Positions 1 through 11,011 of a DNA stretch of 64,000 bases are shown in pieces. Source of the stretch: Paecilomyces variotii (Eukaryota); NCBI GenBank assembly GCA_004022145.1, contig RCNU01000014.1; one strand, written 5' to 3'. The first letter of the stretch is position 1. Each line of letters opens with the position of its first letter. Both the position numbers and the translations under genes were made by a program. Below the pieces are notes generated by a model. The model did not search any database. It was not told where the DNA came from and saw only the letters and a program-made list of their open reading frames with translations.

Positions 1-814
1 AATGCGACATCGTGGCGACCTTCTTCCCATGTTTCGGAAAGCATTTTGCCTCTCGACGGATCGATATATTCAATCAAAAGGTAGGGTGTTCCCAGTCCGG
101 TTTGATCTTTGATCTGATGTTGAACATAGGGGGACGGAGTCGGGTAGTTTAACCAACTCAACAACCGACGGCGCAGATGCTGCATGATGCGGGTTATAAA
201 AGGCAGGTTATCGAGAACAGTGAACTAGAATTGTAAGCGGCAAGTCCTCTTGGAAGACATGTAAACGGAGGTCATACAGTTTGGCCAGTGGACAGCCCAT
301 ACCCATAAAGCTGTGGAATTGGGACAGTTGGACAATTCTCTTGGAGCCATGCGTAGGTGCCAACTTCACAGCGGACCTTCTCATCCGCATTGCCTGGGCA
401 GCATTCCTCTCCAATCCGGTAAGGCAAGGGAAACCGCATCATCAATTGTCTCCGGGGATCTCGTCCTTGGCCATCAACATCAACTCGGATGCAGACGTTG
501 AAGCTGCCATGGATCCAGTCCTCCACATCAACAGTACGACATGCATCCGCGGAACGGAGGCCGAGATGATGGGCGACGGTTCTTTCTATCAGCTTGCGAT
601 TTCGGTACAGATGGGTAAAATATCGAATCTTCTGATCCCTATATCCCAACTGATGCAGGATATTAGCGTCTTGTTCCTTTGCGGCGGCGTATGTGATCTC
701 TCCGCGAAGCAAGCGACGTTTCCGCAGAGCAAGCGAATCATGGTCCTGAGACATTCTTCGCGACCGATGCCTTTGAAGGATGGAGTGGGAGAAGCCAACT
801 AACAGCTGATACAA
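1..814 (-). CDS. APH/phosphotransferase-family kinase-like protein, 5' part (runs off the left edge)
   Basis: ORF 272-814 has GSFNVCIRV...MMRFPLPYRIGE...EKVRCEVGTYAWLQENCPTVPIPQLYGYG, the typical N-lobe of fungal APH-family proteins. A GTATGA...CTAG intron (about 277-225) leads to exon 2 (FTVLDNLPFITRIMQHLRRR...). The start may be 814 or the later MSQD Met. Confidence 0.8.
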
Positions 815-2514
815 TTGAGATGAACAGGGCGGTGACTGTCACCTCGGGTAAACAATCTTCCTGTTCGAGCGACCTTGTCGATAGTCCCTGTCGATACGGG
901 CTTTTGGCTGATCATCCCTGATGAGGGACGACAGTCCGTAGTCTAGACCAGTACGTAGAACTAAGTTGTGCTGGCTGTTCCCGTAGCCACATAATTATAA
1001 TTATAATGGCATCGATTAACTAACTAGCCATAGACAATAGAGTGACGAACTCACCCATTGAAGGTCAAGTAACCTAGTACTGTACTCATTCCCGTTGGAG
1101 CCTGCCTACAAGCCGGCCTCCCTGCTGTCAGTTTCTCTCACGCCTTCTAGCTACAGCAACAGAGATAAATAGGCTGAGCTAGTTGTTAGAGAATTCAAGC
1201 TCAGCGAGCTTGGCTCCAGAATTCCAGTTAGGTGAAATACTTACCCAGTTAGGCCAATACTCCAAAGGCACAGTCAGGAACCGTTCATTATTATTCACCA
1301 ACTACCGTCCACTCCACGATATTCGATGCCAGTACAACCGCCTTTGGGCGGCCTCCATTGTCCTTGCGGTCCAAAATTGGTTCCACCCCTAAGCCAGGGA
1401 GTGTGACGATGGTCTGGGCATGGGTTTCTGCTGTTCCCTAATCCCACTAGTTCAAAATGCTTCCTTTGAACTGGTATTGGAGCCTTTTGCTAGGTTTTAT
1501 ATCATTGGGCAGATTATTTTTATTTGCTCTTATAGTCCAAAACTTTGATTAGAATTTGCCTAAGAAAAAGGTTGTAAACCAGCCGCCTGGGTTCTCAGAG
1601 ACATTCATCACCTTATTAGGATTATTTCATAATCTATATCGACAGCCGTCGCCCTCAAATATCTCCTATTCCTTCTCTGTCTCCGGGGTGGATCAAGCTG
1701 GCCCCCGCCGTGTAAATAGAAGGCGCCTCGTCTGGAAACGATTCAACTCTTGGGCTCAGTGCGTATCTGCATTGCTCTCTAGATCATGGCGCATAAGTAT
1801 AAATGATGATAGGGCCCAGCGCAGCCAGTACAGTTGGTTGATATCTTTGATGTTATAGCTCTCTTCCTGATCGTCTGGGCCATCATATGGCTGATCACTT
1901 AGGAGCCTCCGAAGAGAAACTACGATATATATGTCGTTCAGCGACTCTGTCCATCCCGGGTATGACTCAATTGATCTTTGTAGTACCGTGTGCTCGAAGG
2001 AGATGTGGGAAGTGTCAGGATGGAAAAGAGGAAAACCGGAAGAGGGAAAGGGAATCTGATGGAGTACTATACTAACTATAACTAGTCACCGCAGACGGTG
2101 GGGGCTACATTCAGCGTGTACCAATTGTATGTTTATTCCAACCTATGTTTGTTCCCTTGGTATTATGTAGTCATCAAGACTGACAGTCTGAGAAGCGTGT
2201 GTTACTACATAAGTTAAAGAATCTGCTCAAGCCAATCCTCTAGTTAAACATAGAGGGTAGCATACCACAAGACTACCTAGGTAATCAATATTAAGCGGAC
2301 CGTGACTAGTATATCTTCAAACGGAGCATGGTATACGTACAGTAAGTAAATCCTCGGGAATAACTTACTTCACCCCATTCCTTCAAAGGAGAGGCCCCTG
2401 AGCCAGCTCCCTTATGTCTGACTCCGATATTGTAGAGTAGAATGTCCGAAGCTGCGTCGCTTTTGGAGTTCAATGATGGTCCAAAAGAAATCAGGATTTC
2501 TTGGTAACCGTTCC

Positions 2515-2549
2515 TGACTCATAGTTGATCATAACTTGTCCCTGACTCA
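2515..2549 (+). promoter_or_regulatory. Tandem Gcn4/CpcA (cross-pathway control) sites upstream of acetolactate synthase
   Basis: TGACTCA at 2515-2521 and 2543-2549, each within a repeated CCTGACTCATA(G/A)TTGA unit, about 110-140 bp upstream of the ATG. Another TGACTCA lies at 1963-1969. Confidence 0.7.
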
Positions 2550-2656
2550 TAATTGACCGGAGAATCTTTCCCCCTTTTCCTTTGTTTCTCTTACCGGTTT
2601 CCCAACGTCTCTTTGTTCAATCCAATCCCCTGTTTGCCATCATTGGGTGATTCAAG

Positions 2657-4810
2657 ATGTTTCGAGCCCGGCAGGTGACTTTGGCGGCCAACGCCCAGGC
2701 GACCACTGCTCACCATCCACGGACTCTCGTTTCCAGACCCCTGGATCACGTCCTGAGGAAACAAATTATTAGAGGAACCGCCTCTGCTGCGACACATTCA
2801 ATGTATTTTACATATCTCTATTGCTGTTTCGTGCTTTTGCTTATCTGTGTACAATTACAGACCAACCAACGTGGCAAACGCGCACACCACAGATGTCGCT
2901 GCTCCGAGTCATCGTGTGCTGCCGCCGGCGGTTGATGAATCGTATGAGAGATTCCTCCCTGTACCACAGTTCGTGATCGCTAATGTTTGATATAACCCAA
3001 CAGGTTCATCGGCATGACGGGAGGCCAGATTTTCCATGAGATGATGCGTAGACATAACGTGAAACACATCTTTGGGTACCCAGGCGGCACCATTCTCCCA
3101 GTCTTTGACGCTATCTACAATTCCAAATACTTCGAATTTATTCTCCCCAAGCATGAGCAGGGCGCAGGGCACATGGCGGAGGGATATGCGAGAGCCTCGG
3201 GCAAGCCAGGTGTTGTCCTCGTCACATCTGGACCTGGTGCCACGAACGTCATCACGCCTATACAAAATGCTCTCTGCGACGGAACCCCTCTGATTGTTTT
3301 CTGCGGCCAAGTGGCCACTTCGGCCATCGGCAGCGATGCGTTCCAAGAAGCTGACGTATTGGGAATCTCCCGCGCATGTACTAAGTGGAATGTCATGGTC
3401 AGACATACATCTGAGTTACCACAGAGGCTGAATGAAGCCTTTGAGATCGCCACGAGCGGAAGACCGGGTCCCGTCCTTGTGGATTTGCCCAAGGATGTCA
3501 CAGCTAGTGTACTCCGACAGGCGATCCCAACTACTTCCGCCTTGCCCAGTCTACCGTTGGCTGAGATGCAGCAAGCCGTCCCGATAAAGACCATTGCTCG
3601 TGTGGCAGATCTGATCAATGGGGCCAAGAGGCCAGTCATCTATGCCGGTCATGGTGTCTTGAGCTCCAAGGATGGGCCTAGACTGCTCAAAGAACTCGCG
3701 GACAAGGCATCGATACCCGTCACCACCACATTGCAAGGACTCGGCGCCTTCGATGAGCTCGATGAGAAAGCTCTGCATATGTTGGGAATGCACGGTGCAG
3801 CTTATGCCAACATGTCAATGCAAGAAGCTGATCTCATCATTGCCCTCGGCGCAAGATTCGATGATCGCGTGACTTTGAACATCCAGAAGTTCGCGCCTGC
3901 TGCGAAGAGGGCTGAGACTGAAGGCCGTGGTGGTATAGTGCATTTTGAAATTCTACCAAAGAACATCAACAAGGTTGTCCAAGCTACGGAGGCTGTGGTT
4001 GGTGATATCTCAAAAAATGTTACCCATCTCCTGCCTCTTGTAAAGAAGACCACCATGGCAGATCGTTACGAGTGGTTCGAGAAGATTAAAGAATGGAAGG
4101 CACGGTGGCCTCTCAATCTATACGAATCTTCTGAGGAACGGTCACACTTGATCAAGCCCCAATATATTATAGAAGAGCTCAGCAACCTCACCGCCGATCG
4201 CAAACACGAGACCATCATCACCACTGGCGTTGGCCAGCACCAAATGTGGACGGCGCAGCACTTCCGATGGCGCTACCCATATACTATGATTACATCAGGT
4301 GGACTGGGTACTATGGGCTATGGTCTTCCTGCCGCAATTGGAGCTAAGGTGGCTCGGCCAGAGGCCCTGGTTATTGACATTGATGGAGATGCATCCTTCG
4401 GGATGACTCTCACTGAGATGTCCACTGCTGCTCAATTCAATATTGGCGTGAAGGTCATTGTTCTGAATAACGAGGAACAAGGTATGGTTACACAATGGCA
4501 GAACCTCTTCTACGAAGACCGCTATGCACACTCCCACCAGCGTAATCCTGATTTTATGGCATTCGCTAGAGCAATGCGTGTTCATCACCGCCGCATCAGC
4601 AAGCCAGAGGAGGTCACCGACGCCCTGACATGGCTCATAAATACTGACGGACCAAGCCTGCTGGAGGTTATCACCGACAGAAAGGTTCCAGTTCTTCCCA
4701 TGGTGCCTGCTGGGTCGGGTCTCCATGAGTTTATTGTGTTTGATGCCGAACAGGACAAGCGGAGACGAGACCTAATGCGTCAAAGAACTGCTGGATCTCA
4801 TGGAGAGTAG
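2657..4810 (+). CDS. ILV2: Acetolactate synthase (AHAS) catalytic subunit with mitochondrial presequence, ILV2-like, possibly an extra copy
   Basis: Exons 2657-2802, 2861-2941 and 3004-4810 join in frame (…VDES|FIGMTGGQIF). Motifs: HEQGAGHMAEGYARASG, TSGPGATN, RFDDRV, ThDP motif GDASF…NNEEQGMVTQWQ. The N-terminus is Arg/Ala-rich and acid-poor. Confidence 0.95.
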
Positions 4811-5756
4811 GCGTTCGAGTAATCTTTTTCTTTCTTCATCTTTCTTTTTTTCTGGGGAAGCGTATAAAAGTTATTGATAGAATCCGCTGCTGGTGTCGCA
4901 CGGATGGACGAGAATAAACATTAATTTTCAATAATCACCACCTGCATATGTACTGTATATATAGTTAACTGCTATAGTTAATAGACCGAACTTCCTTAGG
5001 ACTACTCTTCCTTGGCTATCTATCTTCAGCTTAGTTGTCGTCCTATAAATCTGCAGAATACGACCGCTGGAAGTCACTAAATAGTGATTATATATTCCGC
5101 CAAATTATAACTTTTGTTCATACTCTCGTCAGTAGCTTAAGAGTCTTCGTGTCATCTAACTGCATGGGAGATGTCCCTCAATTGTTTAGGATAGTCTCTC
5201 CTTAGTGATTTCCTTCCTTTTCTATGATGATTGGCTGCAGAAGGACTTCTTATATAGTGAAATTCTAGGTGAGTAAAGAGATAATTTTTTTCCTAGATAG
5301 ATTATCTTACTCCACGCCTATTTGTGACTGGTGCTTTCGAAAGTATCGCAACGTATTTATTAGTTATACGACATACTATAAGTTGCAGATAACCAAACTG
5401 TTAAATAACCCTGTGGTGTCTAGTACCGCTATCCAATTGACCGTATGATATATTCTTTCTGAGTTCATAAGAAAGCTGTAATCTTAACGGATAATAGGAT
5501 GGATAATGTGGAAGCAATCCCATGGCAACCAAGCTGGTATATAAATGAGACCCATTATAGGTAGTATCGAGTTCTGCTCGCCTTATCTGGTCATGGGAGG
5601 AGTCACGCACCACTACTCAGTGGCCGTTATGGGCCCGCCACTGCTGTTTCCCGGATCACCTCGCGACCCTAGGCTTGGAATATCAAACCCGGGAAATAAG
5701 CCAGCCTTCTTATTCTTCTTCTTCTTCTTTTTTTTTTTAAATACTTGTAGTTTCCA

Positions 5757-7187
5757 CTATAGCTTCGCTGCACGCTCCAAGAGATGCTTCATCTCCGAGT
5801 TCGGATACTCCACGTTTTGGGACGAATCCGGTCGCTGTCGATCCCAAGCCCACTTCTCTGCCAATTCGGGCGCAAGCTCGCCTTCAAGCATCTGTGTGAC
5901 GTACTTACCAAGTACAGGGAAGAACTTGAAACCGTGGAACGAACCGCAAGTTGCGACGTAGAGACCCTTGGAGGCAGAGTGAGGAGAAATGATAAAGTCA
6001 GAGGTAGTGGTGAAGGCGTCCCTATTGAGTGTTACATCCCATCCCACTTGTCATGTTAAGCATTGACATTGACGAGGGTACTCACCAGCAAATTCGATGT
6101 TTCGTCATCTTCCAAGTCGCACTCTCGGGCCCATACCACAGATTCCTGGCCTCGACAATGTCCTGCTTGAGAGGCCCAGGGACCTTCCACTGGTTGTAGT
6201 CGTGTGTGGGTGGTGGTGAGGAGATATAACGACCAGGCAATACCTCTTGAGTGTTTGTGAAGATCTTGGATCCCCACCACTTGAGCTCTCTATCCTTGGT
6301 AGGGGGAAGGGTACCAATAAAGGGCTTGCCTGTTGACAGTTGGCGGGCATTCATGCACATATGTCAGGAAAAAACTTACCTTCCTCGGGTGTGTAACCCT
6401 GGAAGCCAACAGGCATGTCTTTGAACTTCTTGTACAGCTCATCATCGAGCTGTGCCATTCCTGTCGCGATACCAGCAGCCAGAATTCGCTCTCCGGCTCG
6501 GAGGCCAGTGTTGCCACTCGTTGCAGCACTCCATTCCAGCAATGTGGGCGTGAAAGCACCAGCAGCGACGATAACATGCGTGGCCGATAAGATCTCTCCG
6601 GATTTCGTCTTGACACCGGTGCACGAATTACGACCGTCGAATTCCAAAGTGGCGACCTCAGCCGTCACATACTTGACGCCCAATTCCAGGCACTTTTTCG
6701 TGACTGCTCGAAGAGCATCTCCAGCAGCAGCCCACCCACTGGCCCTGTTTATGAGAACCTCCTTGACGCCGGTGTAGTCAGCATTGTCAAAGATCCCATT
6801 GTAAAGCTTCCGGGCCTCAGCGACAGGTAGGGCAATGATATCGTCATTGCGGCCGAGCTCCTTGTGATGGGTGATCACATTTTGCGCGTAGTCGCTACGG
6901 CAGTTCCAGTAGACGCCAGTCTGGTGGAAATAAGGCTGCCACAGAGGATCCGCCTTGAAAATGTCCTGAGCCTCCAGGGCCAGTCTGCAGTAGATCTTGT
7001 CGTCGTAGTCGGCGCGAACAACCTTGTTCCAATCCCATGAGGCAGCCACACGAGACTCGGCATCGTATGCATCCCGATCAACCAGAGTCACCGATGCATT
7101 GGGGTATTTCTGGATGAGATGATAGGCCGTTGACACACCAAAGACACCAGCGCCGATAATGAGGTATGAGGGATTGCCTGAGGCCAT
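5757..7187 (-). CDS. FAD-dependent amino-acid oxidase (sarcosine/pipecolate/fructosyl-amino-acid oxidase family), peroxisomal
   Basis: GAGVFG dinucleotide-binding motif, AASWDWNKVVRADY, spliced CW|DAFT, GSFHGFKFFP. Three exons (about 7187-6380, 6323-6086, 6021-5757). C-terminal AKL is a PTS1. Confidence 0.85.
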
Positions 7188-7977
7188 CTTGAAAACGGAG
7201 CAAATGATTCTCGGCGGCTGTTCAATGTCAATGATATTCTACTTCCAGTTATTCCCTCGAGCGAACTGACGGTTTATCTGTCAATCGAGAATCAAGACTA
7301 TATATCAGTTGTTGTAGATGTCCCCGTGGGGAAGCCTCTCCGCGGGAAACGCCCGAAAGGTCAAAGATAGTAATAATAGTTAAGCATAGTTATAGGTAAC
7401 CCGCGGGTAAATCCCTTCGCCAAACAAGGCAAATAAATGAAGTGGATGACCTGATTAATTATTTATTGTGTTTTCCGAATTAGAGGAAATTTTTGCCTAC
7501 TTTGGCTAGTGGGCGATCTTAGGTTTTCGGCTGTGTGTTAATTATTTACGAATCAGAGTAATCGAAAGCTTGTAATCGGTAACTGGATAAATAATGATAA
7601 GTCAAAGACTCAGGAGGGTATTAACTAACTATCAGAATAAGAAATAATAGTTCGTTACTGCCAGTGGATGAGTTTGGAGGTGGAAAGTAGAGTATATTCT
7701 ATGAAGATGGTAATATCTAGTTAACAGCCTTAACAGCTTGCTCTATCTATATACTACAGATAAACTGCAGAGGCAAAGACTCTTGTCCTCTAACATTTTC
7801 GACCAGATGAATTAAACATGATTCCTGAAGTCTTTGTTCTTATGTATTCGAATAAGAGTATACCGACACCGCCACAGTTGGACTGTGGGGCAAAAGGGGT
7901 GAGCCACAAATGAGGGGGCGGCAGTTCAGCCACACCGCAGTCATTCTCTCCGCCGATAATAATTATAATTATTATTT

Positions 7978-7984
7978 TGACTCA
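7978..7984 (+). promoter_or_regulatory. Gcn4/CpcA site upstream of glutaminyl-tRNA synthetase
   Basis: TGACTCA about 70 bp upstream of the ATG. Aminoacyl-tRNA synthetases are established cross-pathway-control targets. Confidence 0.55.
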
Positions 7985-8052
7985 CGCGCCTCTCTTTTGT
8001 GTTCCTTTTCTCCCTTGATCACGGTCAATAGAGGGATAAATCCAGTCTCGCC

Positions 8053-10334
8053 ATGGCTGAAAACGTTGCGGATGCGGTGGCGAAGCTCCACCTGGACGAG
8101 GAGACCGGGGAGATGGTCTCCAAGAACGAGTTGAAGAAGCGAATGCAGAAAAGAGCAAAGAAGGCTGCAAGTGCACAGCGCGCCCAGGAAAATGAAGGCA
8201 AGCCGAAGAAGGAGGCCGCTCCTGCAAAGGAGAAACCGAAGCCCAAGGCCAGTGAGCCCGCGATCGATCCGGACGCCATGTTCAAGCAGGGCTTCCTCGC
8301 CGAAGTCTACAAAGAGCGGCCTTCAGAGCATGTTGTAACGCGTTTCCCACCCGAGCCGAACGGATATCTTCATTTGGGACATGCAAAGGCGATTGCGGTC
8401 AATTTTGGATTTGCTAGGTATCATGGGGGCAAAACGGTCAGTACACCTCTCGCCGTCAAAAGGATAACACGCCAACACCATAGCAGTTTCTTAGGTGTGC
8501 ATTTCCCGGACATCGATAAGCCAAGCGAAGCGGCGCTAACAGGACAAGATTTGACGACACGAATCCGGACGCTGAGGAGGCAGAATACTTTCAAGCAATC
8601 GAGGATATCGTTCGCTGGCTAGGTAAGCGAGGCTGGAGACGTCAACGGGGTAAATGCTCTTGCTGATCATCTGTCCAGGGTTCACCCCTCACGCGATCAC
8701 CTACTCGAGCGACAACTTCCAGAAACTCTACGATTTGGCTGAGAAGCTGATCCAACTGGAAAAGGCATATGTATGCCATTGCAACGAAACTGAGATCAAA
8801 CTGCAGCGTGGTGGTGAAGCTGGCTCCTCGCCGAGATATCGCTGCGCGCATGCAGAACAGGATGTGGAGACCAACCTTCAGAAGTTCCGTGATATGCGTG
8901 ATGGCAAGTACGAGCCTCAGACTGCTTTCCTGCGTATGAAGCAGGATATCACCAACGGAAACCCTCAGATGTGGGATCTCGCGGCGTATCGAATCCCGAA
9001 GGACCAGAGGCCTCACTTCCGGACGGGAACCCAGTGGAAGATCTATCCTACATACGACTTCACGCACTGTCTGTGCGATAGCTTCGAGGGTATCACTCAT
9101 AGTTTGTGTACTACTGAGTTCGTGTTGTCTAGGGAAAGCTACGATTGGTAAGAGCTGAAATCTGCTAGGATCTGCTGTACAGTCGTCTTATTGCTAACAT
9201 CACCTCAGGCTAGTGAAGTCACTGGGTGTATACGAGCCGATGCAGCGCGAATACGGTAAGTCTCTCATGTTTGCTTTTAGTTGCACAACACCCTTTTGAT
9301 TTCTTTCGGAGATTCCATAGCGAGGTTTAGAACATTAGCTAACAACGTGCTAGGCCGTCTGAATGTCACGGGGACAATCATGAGCAAGAGAGGTCTCAAA
9401 AAGCTGGTAGACGCAGGTATCGTTCGTGGTTGGGATGATCCGCGTCTGTACACATTGATCGCCATCCGCCGTCGTGGTGTGCCGCCGGGTGCAATCCTGT
9501 CTTTCATCAACGAACTCGGTGTCACGACATCCCAGAGTATCATCCAGATCGCACGCTTCGAACAGTCTATCCGTCGTTATCTAGAAACCTCAGTTCCGCG
9601 CCTCCAGCTTGTCCTTGACCCTGTTGCAGTGGTCATCGAAGACATCGGAGATCTCGAGGGACAGGAAGTCAACGTCCCCTTCTCGCCGAAGAACCCCGAA
9701 ATGGGCTCCTACAAGGTGCGCCTCACCAAGACAGTATACATCGAGCGGTCCGACTTCCGCGAGGTGGACTCTCCAGACTACTTCCGTCTTGCGCCAGGTA
9801 AGACGGTTGGTCTGCTGCAGGCTCCTCACCCTATCAAGGCTGTGTCCTTCACCAAGGACGAAGCCACGGGACAGGTCAAGGAGATCAAGGCGGTATTCGA
9901 CAAGGAAGGCAAGAAGCCCAAGGCCTTCATCCACTGGGTTCCCGATGGCTCTCGAAAAGTCACTGTCCGTATTCACGAGCGGCTTTTCAAGTCTGATGAC
10001 CCCAGTGCCGTCGAGGGAGGTTTCCTCAACGACATCAATCCTGACAGCGAGAAAGTCTACCCTAACGCCTTGGTGGATGCTGGTTTCGAGGAAGTGCGCC
10101 GCCAGGCTCCATGGCCTAAGGTCGAGGGCAACAACAGCCCCGCTGGTCCGGAGAGCGTGAGATTCCAGGGAATGCGGGTGGCATACTTTGTGAGTCGCCT
10201 TTCTTTATCCTGCAATGATAATTCAAAACGGCGCTAACAATTTTTTTTCCTAGGCAATGGACTCGGACAGCACTGAGGATAATGTCGTGCTCAACCGTAT
10301 TATCTCCCTGAAGGAAGATCCCGGCAAGAAATGA
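8053..10334 (+). CDS. GLN4: Glutaminyl-tRNA synthetase
   Basis: [18 protein letters not shown] (HIGH-type motif), [45 protein letters not shown]. Multi-exon, including an 8-nt microexon. The last exon ends LKEDPGKK*. Confidence 0.95.
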
Positions 10335-11011
10335 ACGGTTTAACTTACGAGGGGAGTAGATGGGGAGTATGTGGCGGTGTTTCGGGTAGAGTCTTTCTCT
10401 GAATATCAAATATTATCATGTTGATAAAGCATTTCACTGTTGTGGCTGTGATCATCAGTGTTCTTGAGCGGAGCGGTTTAGTATTGCGCAAAAAGGATAG
10501 TTAGCCGACCTTTCTGCAGGTGTTGTGCATATTCTAGGTATTCGTAAATCATGAAACCTGTTGCATTATCGTTTTCTGTTATCACTTTTGGTAAATAGAA
10601 TCAGTATCTATGCTCTACAGTATTCATCTTACCGTTTTCTCCGATACTCAAATAGTGGCACCAAATGGCCATGTTAGATGACTTCATAGTCCGTGGTAAA
10701 ATGAGCACAATGCCCTAAGCAGCATTAACAAAATGCATTTTCGAGACCTGGCGAGTTATGTCGAAGTAGCCAACTTGTCAGTTACCCAAAATCTACTTGC
10801 TGTTAAGATTGCTTACCTCGGCGGTCTTGGCGAGATTATCCAAGCGTTCCCGACGATCGCCTCCTGTTCGCGACTCTCCTTCTACCACCAACTGAGGGGA
10901 TGTCGCGCGCAGATCGCGCAGAGATAAATCTCCTACATTAAACGAAACCAAACAAAAAGAGAGGGATCCTTAACTCTCATCCGGAGAGCAGGACGCAGAG
11001 ACATCTCCATC

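Noticed and set aside
2085-2110. TGTAGCCCC (minus strand) as a possible LTR terminus
   Set aside because: No matching second terminus, target-site duplication or retroelement coding remnant could be identified.
8053-8330. GlnRS lacking the long yeast-type N-terminal domain
   Set aside because: As recalled, this short Lys-rich N-terminus is the usual form in filamentous ascomycetes.
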